A stretch of 64,000 nucleotides of DNA, taken from NCBI GenBank assembly GCA_002811645.1, contig PDIP01000093.1, forward strand, positions 109,990-173,989, in the 5' to 3' direction. The translations under genes and the position numbers were made by a program. The notes below the pieces were generated by a model. It was not told the DNA's origin and did no database searches. It saw only the letters and a list, made by a program, of their open reading frames with translations. This document shows, in pieces, positions 33,191-45,141 of this stretch. Position 1 is the first letter of the stretch, and every line of letters starts with the position of its first letter. This DNA comes from Corallochytrium limacisporum Hawaii (lineage: Eukaryota; Protista; Pluriformea).

Positions 33191-34005
33191 AGGGCAAACC
33201 AGTCCTAACAATCACACAGGGCGGAACTGCAACAAGAAATCTTTCGAACCAAGCTGTTGTCACTTGCGCTCGGTTTACCATCGTCGTAGTATAGTACTAT
33301 GATAAGAATAAGTTGGAGGTGCTGCTGCGTACCGTGTGCTGTGAAGTTTGCTGTGTTTGTGTGTCCTCCACGGAGGTCGTTCGCAACGGTGGAAAGTGAA
33401 TGAAGGCCAGCGGTATCCCTCGCCTTTCTCCTCTTGCCCCAACGCGGACGCACACTCCGGGCCCTATCTATCGCGCAGGGGTCCCTTTGACGTACTAAAT
33501 ATATGAAGAAACCGAAGGCACGTTTTGTTTTGCCTCCCGTGTGGTCGAAAACAGCGGGGGCAAGGTTCGCACCCAGAACAAAAAACACGCGTTTGGGAGG
33601 CCCCCCTTGCCCCGGAGGGAGGGGGGGGGGAAGATTTTTGCGAGAGGTATCTCCAAAATGATAAGGAAAACAATAAATTCTTGATAAAGGAAATTCAATT
33701 ATATTGAGTCCGAACGCCCTAAGTTTGCACAACTTCGATCCACCAACACACGAAACCCAAAAGACAAAAAAGAAATCACATTTCTGTAGGAGGGCTCCTT
33801 TTTGAGGGAGGGAGAGATTGTGCAAAATCAAAACTAAAAAAAACCGTTAGAAATTCTTATGGGATTTTTTTTTTCGAGAATGCGAATTGCCAAATGCCCG
33901 TCAGGTCACGCATCCCGCAGTTCCAAGATCATGGGCAAGATTTCTCTTTAGACACGAGAGATGGGGGACCCACGACCGTCGTGGCCCTTCCCCCCCTCCC
34001 CCCCC

Positions 34006-34239
34006 NNNNNNNNNNNNNNNNNNNNNNNNNNNNNNNNNNNNNNNNNNNNNNNNNNNNNNNNNNNNNNNNNNNNNNNNNNNNNNNNNNNNNNNNNNNNNNN
34101 NNNNNNNNNNNNNNNNNNNNNNNNNNNNNNNNNNNNNNNNNNNNNNNNNNNNNNNNNNNNNNNNNNNNNNNNNNNNNNNNNNNNNNNNNNNNNNNNNNNN
34201 NNNNNNNNNNNNNNNNNNNNNNNNNNNNNNNNNNNNNNN
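34006..34239. other. Assembly gap
   Basis: N run flanked by a C tract on the left and a G tract on the right. Confidence 1.
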
Positions 34240-37200
34240 CGGGGGTGGGGCCCTCCGAGGTTGTCCCTTACCCGTCGTCCACCTTTTCCCCCTTTCTTGT
34301 TGCCCCATCTGCTGGTTGTCCCCTTCCCCCTCCTTTTTCCCCTTTTCCCCCTTCCCCCTTCCCCCTCCGGGGGCCTTTTTCTGTTTGCCCCGTCGGTCAC
34401 TCCCCTCCTGTACATTTCCCAAAATGCGTTGGAAGATCTTAGAAAATCGATTGACTGCATTCAAGGACACTTCCCTACAATTGGCTGGGGATTGGCTGTC
34501 GATAATGAAAATACTGTGCCCTCGATGGAAGGCCTGGTCCGGCAGTCAATTGAGTTCCTAAAATTGATGGATTAAGGGGTGGCTGCAGACCATAGAATGC
34601 GCTTCCATCAACATGAACATACGGCAGGTGTCATTCATTAGTTCTGTTCGATTGCAGTATGTATGTACAACCTATTCCATATTGGTTGGATGGCAGGGCA
34701 TGGGGACTGCAGACATACACTATTGCTAGTCGAGATGAATAGATGCGAAGGGCGCTCTGCGTTGGCAAATTCATGGCAGCAGTGAATGATCGATCTTTAG
34801 TAAGTAAGGGGAGCTTAGTGAACTGAATTAAATATTCTGTCGTACCGCCTCGAAACTCTGCTGAAAGGAACGATCACCAATCAACTGGTTATGCTGGCGG
34901 GGTAACCGCACTTTAATACACGACACTGCGCATGCGAGCGGTGACTCTTCCCCTTCGTTCACATCTGTGTCCTTGAAATGTCTGGCAATGAGCAATCCTT
35001 TTCTACCTCTTCAGACATCAGATACTGATACCCAGCACAGCAATACCAGACAGCAGTACCACTCTCGTTGCCACCATGTGCTTCAGCGTCCCATTAAAAA
35101 CCTTCCCTTTGTTTTGCATTCTTGATTGTTGACATTTGCAGCAAACACCGAGACACCTACTTAATGGAACGCGTTCAAAAAATACTTCCCGCCGATGATT
35201 CCATCATCATGCCTGCCGGGCATCATCGACACATGCATCCGAGAACATACCACAGAGTATGCCACAGGGTCCCCTTCCGTCTTTCTTCCACGTAACGGAG
35301 TTGATAGGAACATTGTAATAAGCTGGCGGACTACGGTAAACTTAGCATGCTCATACATATCAATACTGTCAAAAACAACCCGTGGAGCAGTCGATGGTGG
35401 TGTCCCTATCTCTTAAGCTGTGCTGGGGCTCCCGCCTGTTCCCCGGTTGGTTGGGGGCGCACTGACGCAGATGGGCTTGATAGGCCCTAGTTCCACATGT
35501 GGGCGCGAAATGCCGACATTTATCGTAGCAGAGATCCGCACTGTTAATCAATAAACAAACAATTATTGCTACATATTGGCGACATCGACAAGCTCCGACT
35601 TTGATTCTTTCCCGCCACTGGCCGATTCTCCATGTCAACTAGCATACCAATTCTTACAGTTCGCGCACGAAGTGATGTTTCACGGACAAGCGTAGAAATC
35701 GATGTATGTTTTTGGGGAGGAAAGTGAGCTAAATGTCGACAGCCCAAGTCATCAGAGGACTGCGGCTGCTTGCGATCTAACCTTATTGTTCAGTGTCTAG
35801 CTCTGCACAATTGATGAGACATCCTTTCCAAGAAGATGTAGCACACTGACCCCGTCCCGTCTACTGACCAGGCCACTGTACACCATGATCAAAGCAAGGA
35901 AGCACCGCTGAAACACAAAGCGGACAGCATTATCCTACATAAGCATAACCACGAAAGCACTATAGTGAACGCACGGTCTTAGGTGCTCGAAAAGTGCATG
36001 GGACCCATATGCTTTTGTGGGAGGATGTAAACGAGAACCGGTTCACCAGCAGGGTCCCCTGCCAAGAGGAGCCCCCCGGGGAGGGGGGGGAAAGGGCCCA
36101 GTGCTATTGAAACGAGAAGACTAAAAATTTGATCTGTTCAGTTCTCCTCGCCACCTTTCAAATAGTGTACGGCGACTCAATTTTGTGCGCGAAAAACTTA
36201 AATTGATCTGTTTTGTTGTCAGCTGGGAGGGAACGAATGGGGAGTGTGCGGGCACATAAAACAGGCAGGGCAACACAAGGAAGATATGTTTCAAGCCCTT
36301 TACACCCTCCGTCTTTGCTTCCAAAACGCCCATGGTTGGCCAGCCCTTGAGAGCAATCGGAGAGGTATAGCGGGAGCGAAACGAGATTGCACTTGGGCAA
36401 CAAACGAGCAGACCACTCAACAACACTCGCGCACGCCCCTTTTGGCCACCAAACTTAGACAAGGGGAGATCTAGACGCCAGATTCCTGTCCCTTCCAGGT
36501 AACAACTACTGAGCTGCGAGAAATCCTTCTCCCCTTCCCCTCTCGAGGCTGACGCTCTTGCAGCTCTGCTCTGTGCATCCTGCGTCGCCCAAATGTATAC
36601 ACAATGTACTGAATATATTTCATGGTGATGGCTTCAACCGTGGCTTGCTTCTTACTTTATCAATATTAAGTGGAGGTGTGGTTGAGAACCTTGAGTTGAC
36701 AAGACGGATTGCCACAGCATGAAAACCTCCGCCTGTAGGCCATCCACAACTGATCGATCATCTCCTTCGTAGTACTATATATAGCTGGCGCAGTGGGGCA
36801 TGGTCAGCTGCAACAGAGTAAAGGCATCGGGACCCCTAAAGACAATATTGTCCCAAACTGGAAGATGATCCTGCGACCTGCTGGCTTACTGTTTCAGATC
36901 TACACCGAACGTTCCTAACCACAGATCTCTGAAACAAACTGGATGCAAAAGCGAGAACCATACCGTGAACAACTGCCTTGCGAGCGTCCAACAAAAGCAA
37001 AATCGAGCAAAACACCACTGCACAAAATAAGAAAACAAGTGTACCGGCCTCGCTTATGTAAGAAGCAGTGAATCATACTAGAATGGCCACACAAGGAAGG
37101 CGGCACCAGGTTTGGTAGCAATAGGACACCATGCCTGGTCCATTTCAGTGCTGTTCTTTTGACAAGTGTTGTATGCGTTAGCCATCGAAGAGTCATTTCC

Positions 37201-40200
37201 CAAAGCATGTGATTGATTCTTCTATGGATGATAGCTGTGTCAGAGTTCGCCTATAGGCTTTTGTTATGGCATACCCTTTTGCTATCAGCCGCAATGAGTA
37301 GGGAATCTCGATTCTAGCCACTGTTCCAAATCTGACACAATCTCTCTCGCTGCCATTGAATCCTGTGACGTGCCTTCCTGCTTTTCGGACTGGCCACCGC
37401 ATCATCACCCTCACAATACACTTCTTTGCCATGAACACTTGTGAGGTGCGATGGCGTGCCACTGTGCATGTCCCTGCTGTTGGGCCTCTCAACTGAACGA
37501 ACAAGGTCGGATAGATTACATTTTCACATCCAGTGTTGGCTGAAGCTTCTCAGCATCCCATGCAACAAAACTGCCAATATTGCTGCTTCACAATCGTGCC
37601 GCAGTGCGCATACCGATCTTGCTGGTTCACATTTGCCTCCTGTGCAACCGATTCCTCCTGGTGAGACATACTTTCGAAGGTTGGAAACAAGAAGGGTGCA
37701 ATAAAATTGAGATGGATCATTAACATGCTTAACTGCAATTACGTTGTCCAAATTATCATGTCACGGCGATGTCCACATTCCACGGGGAGCAATGTCATAT
37801 ATTCCGAACTTGTGCAACTGCGCCAAGGGAGCACGTCATAAGTGAGTATTTCTGAGCAGAGACCAGAGAGGTGCTCGGGACACGGGCGCTCCTAAAATAT
37901 TGGTCACTTATGTCCCATAATGAAATGACTCGAAGAGCAACAAGCAAAGTGACGCTGCTCCATCGGCGTTTTTGGGAGGACCTGTGTACGGTACGTGTTC
38001 TATCGGCTCCATACTGGGCAAACGAACATTGGGTCAAGCAGGCTTTTTAAGCGGAGTCGTATCAGGGAGTCGTATCAGCAGAATAAACTACAAAACAGTG
38101 TTCCAAGGCAGAACGCGTGAATCAAATATAAATTAGGCCCCCAAACATACCGAATGCGGCAAGTTATCAATAATATGGCCAAATAGATCGATTGATTGGT
38201 GCCCAGTGGCGCCCTGAGTAGGGTTTGCTAGTTGTACAGGAGAACTCCAGACGAACCTGACGTTTCATAGATCAATTTCAATAGAGGACGCATAAAACTA
38301 GACTCCCGCTTATATTTCATTCCAGCCATTCTGAGACACCTGAGTGGACTGCAACCTCTTCAAGGCGTCGTATTGAGGGGTTCATTTCGAAACACGTGGA
38401 ATCGTGATTGTTATTTATTTTTGCAGGGTGTTATTGATGAGTGGATACATTCCTTTCCAAGACGATCTTTCCATCTCAGCCATACAACGGCCCCCATGTG
38501 ATCGTTGTGAGCGTCAAGGGGGGACGGCATCAATCCAATGCTCGCAACTCTGTGAACGGAATCCACTACTCTGCTGTGGCTTTGTACCTGGATGACTGTT
38601 TTGGCCGGAATATGTGTGCCTCCTGCGCACAAGCAGATATCGGAGAACATCCTTCAGAACACGGTCAGCAAACAAGAGGGCACGACGAGCCTAATTGTTC
38701 TCGCTCATGCTCTCCGGCATCTGCTGGTTAGGGCCGGTAAACGAGGAGATTACTTACATCGCGGTGTTGCTGGTGTTCCATGGCTGTGTTGGCCATTTTC
38801 TCTGTTCACTCATTTCACTCATTTCCTCACGACGATGTCTTCAGATCAATACAATAGAAATACAAACTAGAAACGAACATTGTGGTCTTGGATCGATTTT
38901 CACGCGCCCAATATTTTGTACAATTGCTTCGGCGGACGAGTGGAATTTTATGCGTCTTGAAAGCCTGATCCGTGTCTCGTGTACTGAGAATGCGCGTCCG
39001 TCGATAGGGGCATTACCAGCCCCAAATTACGTAGCCGTGAAGTGGGTGGTCTCCACCGAACATGAAGACTGGGATTCGTAACCAGTGTATACACAGTGTG
39101 GCGAGACGGCGGTTGTCAGCGATTTCCCAGATTCAGTAACAGGCCCGTCTAGAATTAATTCTCGACTGGGTGTGCCTACACCGACAGCTCTCTGCGTCAC
39201 TTTCCTTCTTGCACCATTGATGGATCGGTGCCAGAATTCTAGTCGCGGTAATTTAGACTATGGACCATTTCGATTTTGACATACGATCTTTCGTTGCCAT
39301 CCACTTCCGCGGTCTCTCTTTCCATCGCCAGGTCCTCGGTCGAACTCTATGGGATGTCGCGGCGATACAGGAATTTTGGTGTTCACAACACTACGGCATA
39401 GTCTATAAGCGCAGCGAGTGAGCACCTCCCCGTGTCGTGGGCATGGCCGGGGAATACTGGGCTCTTCCTCTTCCAATTAATGGAGGCAATCTGCAGTTAC
39501 TGGGACTGTGGTTGATGGTGGATGCTTCCTATGCCCAGCATCTCGTGGGGTCACCTTCAACATGGTACTCCAGCGGATACCAATGTAGCAATTTAGCACG
39601 GTAGCATTCCTCCCTTGCCTGCTCCTGAGATATGCGGATGGATTGCAGTTTCTGTGGGTAATGCTTATCAATTGCCTCAAGCATGGTACGGACACAAACC
39701 TGAGCAATGTAGAACCTGAAGACCAGCACCAAGCCGAAATTCAGCATGCGGCCCTGAACGACCGTGATTTCGGCCTTCTGTAGTGTCCAAAGGGAAGTCA
39801 CAAGGAAGTGTACCGAAAACAAGTATGAAGCAGTGTGATTTCGATGGGCCAATGGATAACTCTGAGTTCTTGCTCGCCTTGCACCAATGCCACGGCTGTC
39901 TTATTCGCCGATTAAGAGACTTTGTCCCGTATTTGTGCCTGGTGCGAGACCAAGGGGGACTATCGACGAATCTGAGGTTTACGAGACTAGCCACAGGGGA
40001 ACGTCATTGCCACAGTCATACCGGTCATTCGGAACATCCTCCTACATACAAGAGGAAGTATGTCCGAAACTATCAAGGAATCATAGAGATATTTTGGTTT
40101 CCACATCGAGAGCCGTAGTAACACACCCCCGCGGCCCTCCATGGAGCAGAATCTCTTCCGTGTGCACGCGCCCTCTGCAAGCCCCATTTGTGGTGTTTGT

Positions 40201-42094
40201 CGAATCTAGAGAACGCCTGATGCGGAAATGTTGTTGATTGGAGACAATTTTTTTTTTGCCAGTGCCCTTCGACCAGAAACTGAAGCGCAGACAAAGGCAC
40301 TCATCAAAATTAATCATTCACCCTCAGCATCATTGGGAAGAATTGGCAGCACGTCGGGCTTTTGCGGAGGGCGCCCACTCACCTCCTTACTCTGGCTGGC
40401 GTTCTCCCCCTACCCGCGTCCAGTGACGCCACCAGGCCAGACCAACGGCTCACCCCCCCCTTTACTTTCGCATATTACGCATCTTGCGCGTTCTGCGTAG
40501 CATAAAAAGACTCGGTCGGGGATTCTTCTTGGGCACACTCGGTAAAAAAAAAAATGGGGTTCCCTTGCGCGTTCGGGTCCCCGTCCGAAAATGTTGGTGG
40601 AACACAAGAAATCTCACAAGTGCTCGTATTAGAAAAAGAAAACTAAGGAACCATTTAGAAAGCCCACCACTGCCGGGTAACTCCGGACCTGTCGAAAAAA
40701 ATGTGAGTGCCCAAAACGAGAGAAGAACCAATCGCTTCGTTGTCCTCAATGGTAAGCAGTTTAGAAATAAAAAGTGGTGAGCGAATCCTCCCCCCACCCT
40801 GTAGCAAGAGCGTAGAACGAAATGGAGAAAAACTAAGAATATCGATCGACGGAGAACCGTGTCGCATGTTGGACGATATTGATGTGTACAATACGTTTGA
40901 TCGTGGACGGGAATCACTCTGTCGCCGTCCCTTGTCTGTGTGTGTTGTGGCCCAGTTTTTAAACACACGCACCGCACAGTCCGAAACGAAGATTCATTCA
41001 GTCCGTGGCCAGAACGCGAAACAAAACAACAGAGAGCGACACAGAGAGATCTCTTGTCCGCGCCCCTGTTTCAATCGTGTTACTACCCGACCCCCTTAAA
41101 AATCGAGAACTGCCGAGCCCCCCATTTAGAAGCCTATACAACCGAGCCCCTTCTCAATGCTCAAGCCTGTCCAGAGAGGCGGGGGACCATGTGACCACCC
41201 CTATCAATTTGATCAATTTGTGTTGTTGGATGAAGCGTTTCGGGATCGCTTCCATCGCCGATACGGACTGACCAATTCGGGTTCATGACGGTATGCTGGT
41301 GTTCCCCTGCAACTCTACATCCCACGATGCTTGGGCATTTTTCGGGTTCTGTGGCTTTTGCAGATGGGTGGGACTCTCCTTAACAAGAGGAAATCCCCGC
41401 TTTTGCGTACACGCAAGTTTAGTTCCCATCAAAGCAGTCACGGGAGGGCAATGGGACTTTGCCCAATTTTGTTGCTGCACTCGGTCGGGGGCTCCACGTT
41501 ACGGGTTCCAATGTTGCTGAAGGACCATGCGCAATGCTTCTGTACAACGAGCAATGCTTTGTACAATAGGCTGGCCGTGTTGTCCCACCATGACCACCAG
41601 GGGAAGATTTGCTTAAGAGATTGGGTAACATCAGAAAATTGAACAATCGGCTATGAAATTGCCTCGGACGGGTACCAAAGGTAGAACGTTTCGAATTGTG
41701 GGGTTCGTGAAACGGACAATTATATTGAGAGATGAAATTGAGAAATTTGAGTTGACTTTGTGCCGCTCTGTGAAATTCTCTCATTTTGGGACACACACTG
41801 TCTAATTGCCCCCAGAAAGGAGAGGGGGGGGGAGGGGAATTGAGCCTCCGGGCCTCTGTGCGCAGGGGCCGATTTTACCGAAGCCAACTGCGCGACCAAA
41901 GAAAGATTTAAGATTGTGATTGTGATTGAATTTTTATTGATTACAAGCCGTTTACTGGGCTGGAAAAAAACAGTGCGAGGGGAATGAGTGACGGGTGAAG
42001 AGTTTTGTCACTGGCAGCGAAGCGAATCTCCCAAATGTGGTGGTACATGGTGTTAGTCTCTATACGACAATCTTTTATTGCATTCTTGGTTTCT

Positions 42095-44233
42095 TCATTC
42101 GTCGTCCGGGTTGCCGTCGGCGAACCGAACAGGTGATGCGTCCTCAAGGCTACCAGTGTACGGGCCATTCATGATCGTCAAGACGGAAGTGACGAGGGCA
42201 GAAGAGTTAAAGCGATCCATGATTGTAATCTCGGACGGATCGACATTGGGGTCCGCTGGGGTTGTGAGGTTAAGAACGTCACTGCATGGCCCAGGAGATC
42301 CATTGTAGATCTGCGAGACACAAAAGGCGTAGGTTGTGTTCGGGTACAAGCCGGAAATGGTTGTGGTGTTGTCGAAGTCATTGTAGACTAAGAAATCGTT
42401 CATGAAGAGCGCAAAGGTCGCCAACGTACTATCTGTGCCATTGTAGTCGCTGGTCCATTCAATTTCGAGTTCCGTGGCATTCGTAACGGACCCGCTGATG
42501 TCTGGGGGGTTGCCCCAGCTGCCAGAGTCGTTGGGGACCCACAGGGAGGCCATGCCCCAGCGGCTTGTGCCGTCGGCCAACATTCCGAGCAGGACTCCCT
42601 GCACGATCATCGCAACGCGGCTCTCAACTGCGGTGAATGGCATCAGGAAAACTGCCAAGAACCAATGGTGGACATGGATCTCGAAGTCATTTGTTGTGGC
42701 TAGCAAGGTCCCTATCACAATCACAAGGATCGCTGCCCCATAACCGACTATGTAGTACGGAATCAGTCCCATTCGGTACAGATCGCGGCAAAGGTATATG
42801 ACCGCGAATAGCAAAATAAGCATGAGTACTACCACGTAAATGATAGTACCAACGCCCTGAATGTCGCCCGGGCTGAGGCTGAAATCGGGTAGAAACAGAT
42901 TGAACATGCTCAGGTGCGACACAAAGAAGAGCGGGATCATGTAAAACAGGAACAGATCAAAGATCCACGCAATTGGGAATAGACTGACGCGTACAATGAA
43001 CCAGTAGGCCACGGCTAGGTACAGATTGTAGTACGCCAGGTTGGCCACAGTCCGCTCAAGGCCAGAATCATTGAAGGTGGGATCGGCGAAGAAAGTGACG
43101 TACCAGTACACAACATTGGTGAGCACCATGAACCACAGCCAGGCCGGAGGCACGAGGAAGAGCATAGCAAAGACAGCTAGCATATTGAAGACGAGCAATG
43201 CCCATCCAAAATTGGTGCACATACTGAAGGAGTAGCTAGTATCAAATTCAAACGACTCCGGGAATAGCATGTCCGAGGTCTCGGTGGTCACACCGTTCTG
43301 TGTGCTGCCCGTGAAAGATTGTTGTGGTCCTGTGCTGACCACGGCAGTGCAGCCACCGTTTTTTCCGATAACTCCGGCATGGATAGCTGCACGGCACAGG
43401 CTCGAGTCCGCGCGGTAAGGGCCGGACCCGAACACTTTCCAGCTTGTGGCCGGTTGACAGAGGGGTGGACAGCGGATACCAAAGACCCCACCCGTCAAGG
43501 GCTGGCAGTTCTGCGCGTAAACGCCGCATGAGTACGCCCCCCACCAGGTCGTGGCGAGACAGCTGATTTCTTCCAGCTGCCCGAACGTCGGACTGTCTGC
43601 GGCAAAGTTGTTGAAGTAGTAAAGCACGCCGCTTAGAACAGCCAGGAGCATTACGAACAGAAACAGGAGCAACGGAGTTGCGCGGTTCCGGCGCAGATAG
43701 CGGTGGAGACGCGCCTCGACGCGCCAACGGTGTAGCAAGGGTCGTGTGTGCCTTACGCTCGTTCCGCGATGCACGACGCCATTCTTGGTTTCGAAAGTTT
43801 CCATGGCCTGCGCAATGGTACTGTTCTGGGTGAATTCGTTGTGATTCTCACCTTCAGTGGCTGAGGATCCTGCAACCTCCAAATCGTCCATGGCCGATGT
43901 CCCATCTTCAGCTGCCGTCGCCATCGATGCCTTCTGCATATGCCGAGGGGTTGTTTTTGTGTAGAGCCACTTCCAGGCGTTGGCGACCCAAGAAGAACCG
44001 ACTGTTTCGAGATAGTGCACACTCTCGCGCAGTGAGCGTTCCTCATCTTGCCAGTCTATGGATATGCGTGCAGAGGTCCTGGCGTCATCGGCGACCTCGC
44101 TGGTGCTTGTCGGGTTGTCTTCCACGGGCGAGGGTGAGGACTTACACCCCCCCTGTTCTGTGCTTGCTTTCGCAACGTCACTGTCATCGACCACACTGGC
44201 CTGTCTGTATTCAGAGGTTTTCGAGTTCCTCAT
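42095..44233 (-). CDS. Multi-pass membrane protein with an LCCL domain and a C-terminal FN3-like domain
   Basis: First ATG at 44233. One TM helix, then LCCL (CPPLC...VFGSGPYRADSSLCRAAIHAGVI...FTGSTQNGV), about 8 further hydrophobic helices including HVHHW, and an FN3-like end (ELEIEW...ISGLYPNTTYAFCV). Confidence 0.85.
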   Translation of the reverse strand: MRNSKTSEYRQASVVDDSDVAKASTEQGGCKSSPSPVEDNPTSTSEVADDARTSARISIDWQDEERSLRESVHYLETVGSSWVANAWKWLYTKTTPRHMQKASMATAAEDGTSAMDDLEVAGSSATEGENHNEFTQNSTIAQAMETFETKNGVVHRGTSVRHTRPLLHRWRVEARLHRYLRRNRATPLLLFLFVMLLAVLSGVLYYFNNFAADSPTFGQLEEISCLATTWWGAYSCGVYAQNCQPLTGGVFGIRCPPLCQPATSWKVFGSGPYRADSSLCRAAIHAGVIGKNGGCTAVVSTGPQQSFTGSTQNGVTTETSDMLFPESFEFDTSYSFSMCTNFGWALLVFNMLAVFAMLFLVPPAWLWFMVLTNVVYWYVTFFADPTFNDSGLERTVANLAYYNLYLAVAYWFIVRVSLFPIAWIFDLFLFYMIPLFFVSHLSMFNLFLPDFSLSPGDIQGVGTIIYVVVLMLILLFAVIYLCRDLYRMGLIPYYIVGYGAAILVIVIGTLLATTNDFEIHVHHWFLAVFLMPFTAVESRVAMIVQGVLLGMLADGTSRWGMASLWVPNDSGSWGNPPDISGSVTNATELEIEWTSDYNGTDSTLATFALFMNDFLVYNDFDNTTTISGLYPNTTYAFCVSQIYNGSPGPCSDVLNLTTPADPNVDPSEITIMDRFNSSALVTSVLTIMNGPYTGSLEDASPVRFADGNPDDE

Positions 44234-44880
44234 GACCAACTGCTTGGGTGTCAGAGTGTGTCGGTAAACGCACTGTAAAGTTGTACTGACTAATGCACTT
44301 GATCAACTCAATTACATATTCTGTGTAGCGTATCCGTCCTTTGTGCCGATACGATCTATAGTTCTTTAGTTAAAGGCTTCAATTTTCGCTGTCGTGGGCA
44401 ATGACTCGCTCATATGTACAATTATTAAATAGCTGCTTGCGCACATCCTCCAAATGCGGGCCTTCGATCTCTCAAATATCTGTCTGTACAAAGCAACAGC
44501 AGACGTTCCTCTGCCTTAAGGTTCCCACTATTCATTATTTCATTTGACAAGCCTTCTCATGTCTTCATGCACACAAAAATCTAATCTACTGCTGTTCTGA
44601 GCACACGGATAGATGTGAACCAAACCCCAAACAGATGGACAGCAAAACACATCCCCTAAGATCCGCCAGTATTGCTTCTTTTGGAGACGGCACCCCCTTA
44701 TCCTGTGACTTTTTGGCCCGGTTTCTTCGGCAACAAACGGGCAACCGGCAAGTAAAAGTGGGGGGGTGGGCGGTGCATATTGGGCGCACCCGAAAGAGTG
44801 AGACCCGGCCCGTCCGATGGGCTCACAAAAGGAACGGGAATTTTTTTTTTCCCTTCCTTCCTTTTTGTGAATTTTGGTGC

Positions 44881-44908
44881 AGAGAGGCAGAGACAGAGAC
44901 AGAGACAC

Positions 44909-44987
<79 letters not shown>

Positions 44988-45100
44988 CGGCGGACCCAGT
45001 GGGCAGCCATTCGCCCCTTCCTTCCTTCCCCCCCCNNNNNNNNNNNNNNNNNNNNNNNNNNNNNNNNNNNNNNNNNNNNNNNNNNNNNNNAGAGAGAGAG

Positions 45101-45140
<40 letters not shown>
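44881..45140. repeat. (GA)n microsatellites flanking an assembly gap (45036-45090)
   Basis: Directly visible. The adjacent unique sequence of about 30 nt is duplicated across the gap. Confidence 0.95.

Positions 45141-45141
<1 letters not shown>

Noticed and set aside
28684-36195. Identical 16-mer ATTTTGTGCGCGAAAA at 28684 and 36180, on either side of the cyclin
   Set aside because: About 0.5 such 16-mer repeats are expected by chance in 64 kb, so it is not evidence of target-site duplication or element ends. Kept only as E2F-like sites.
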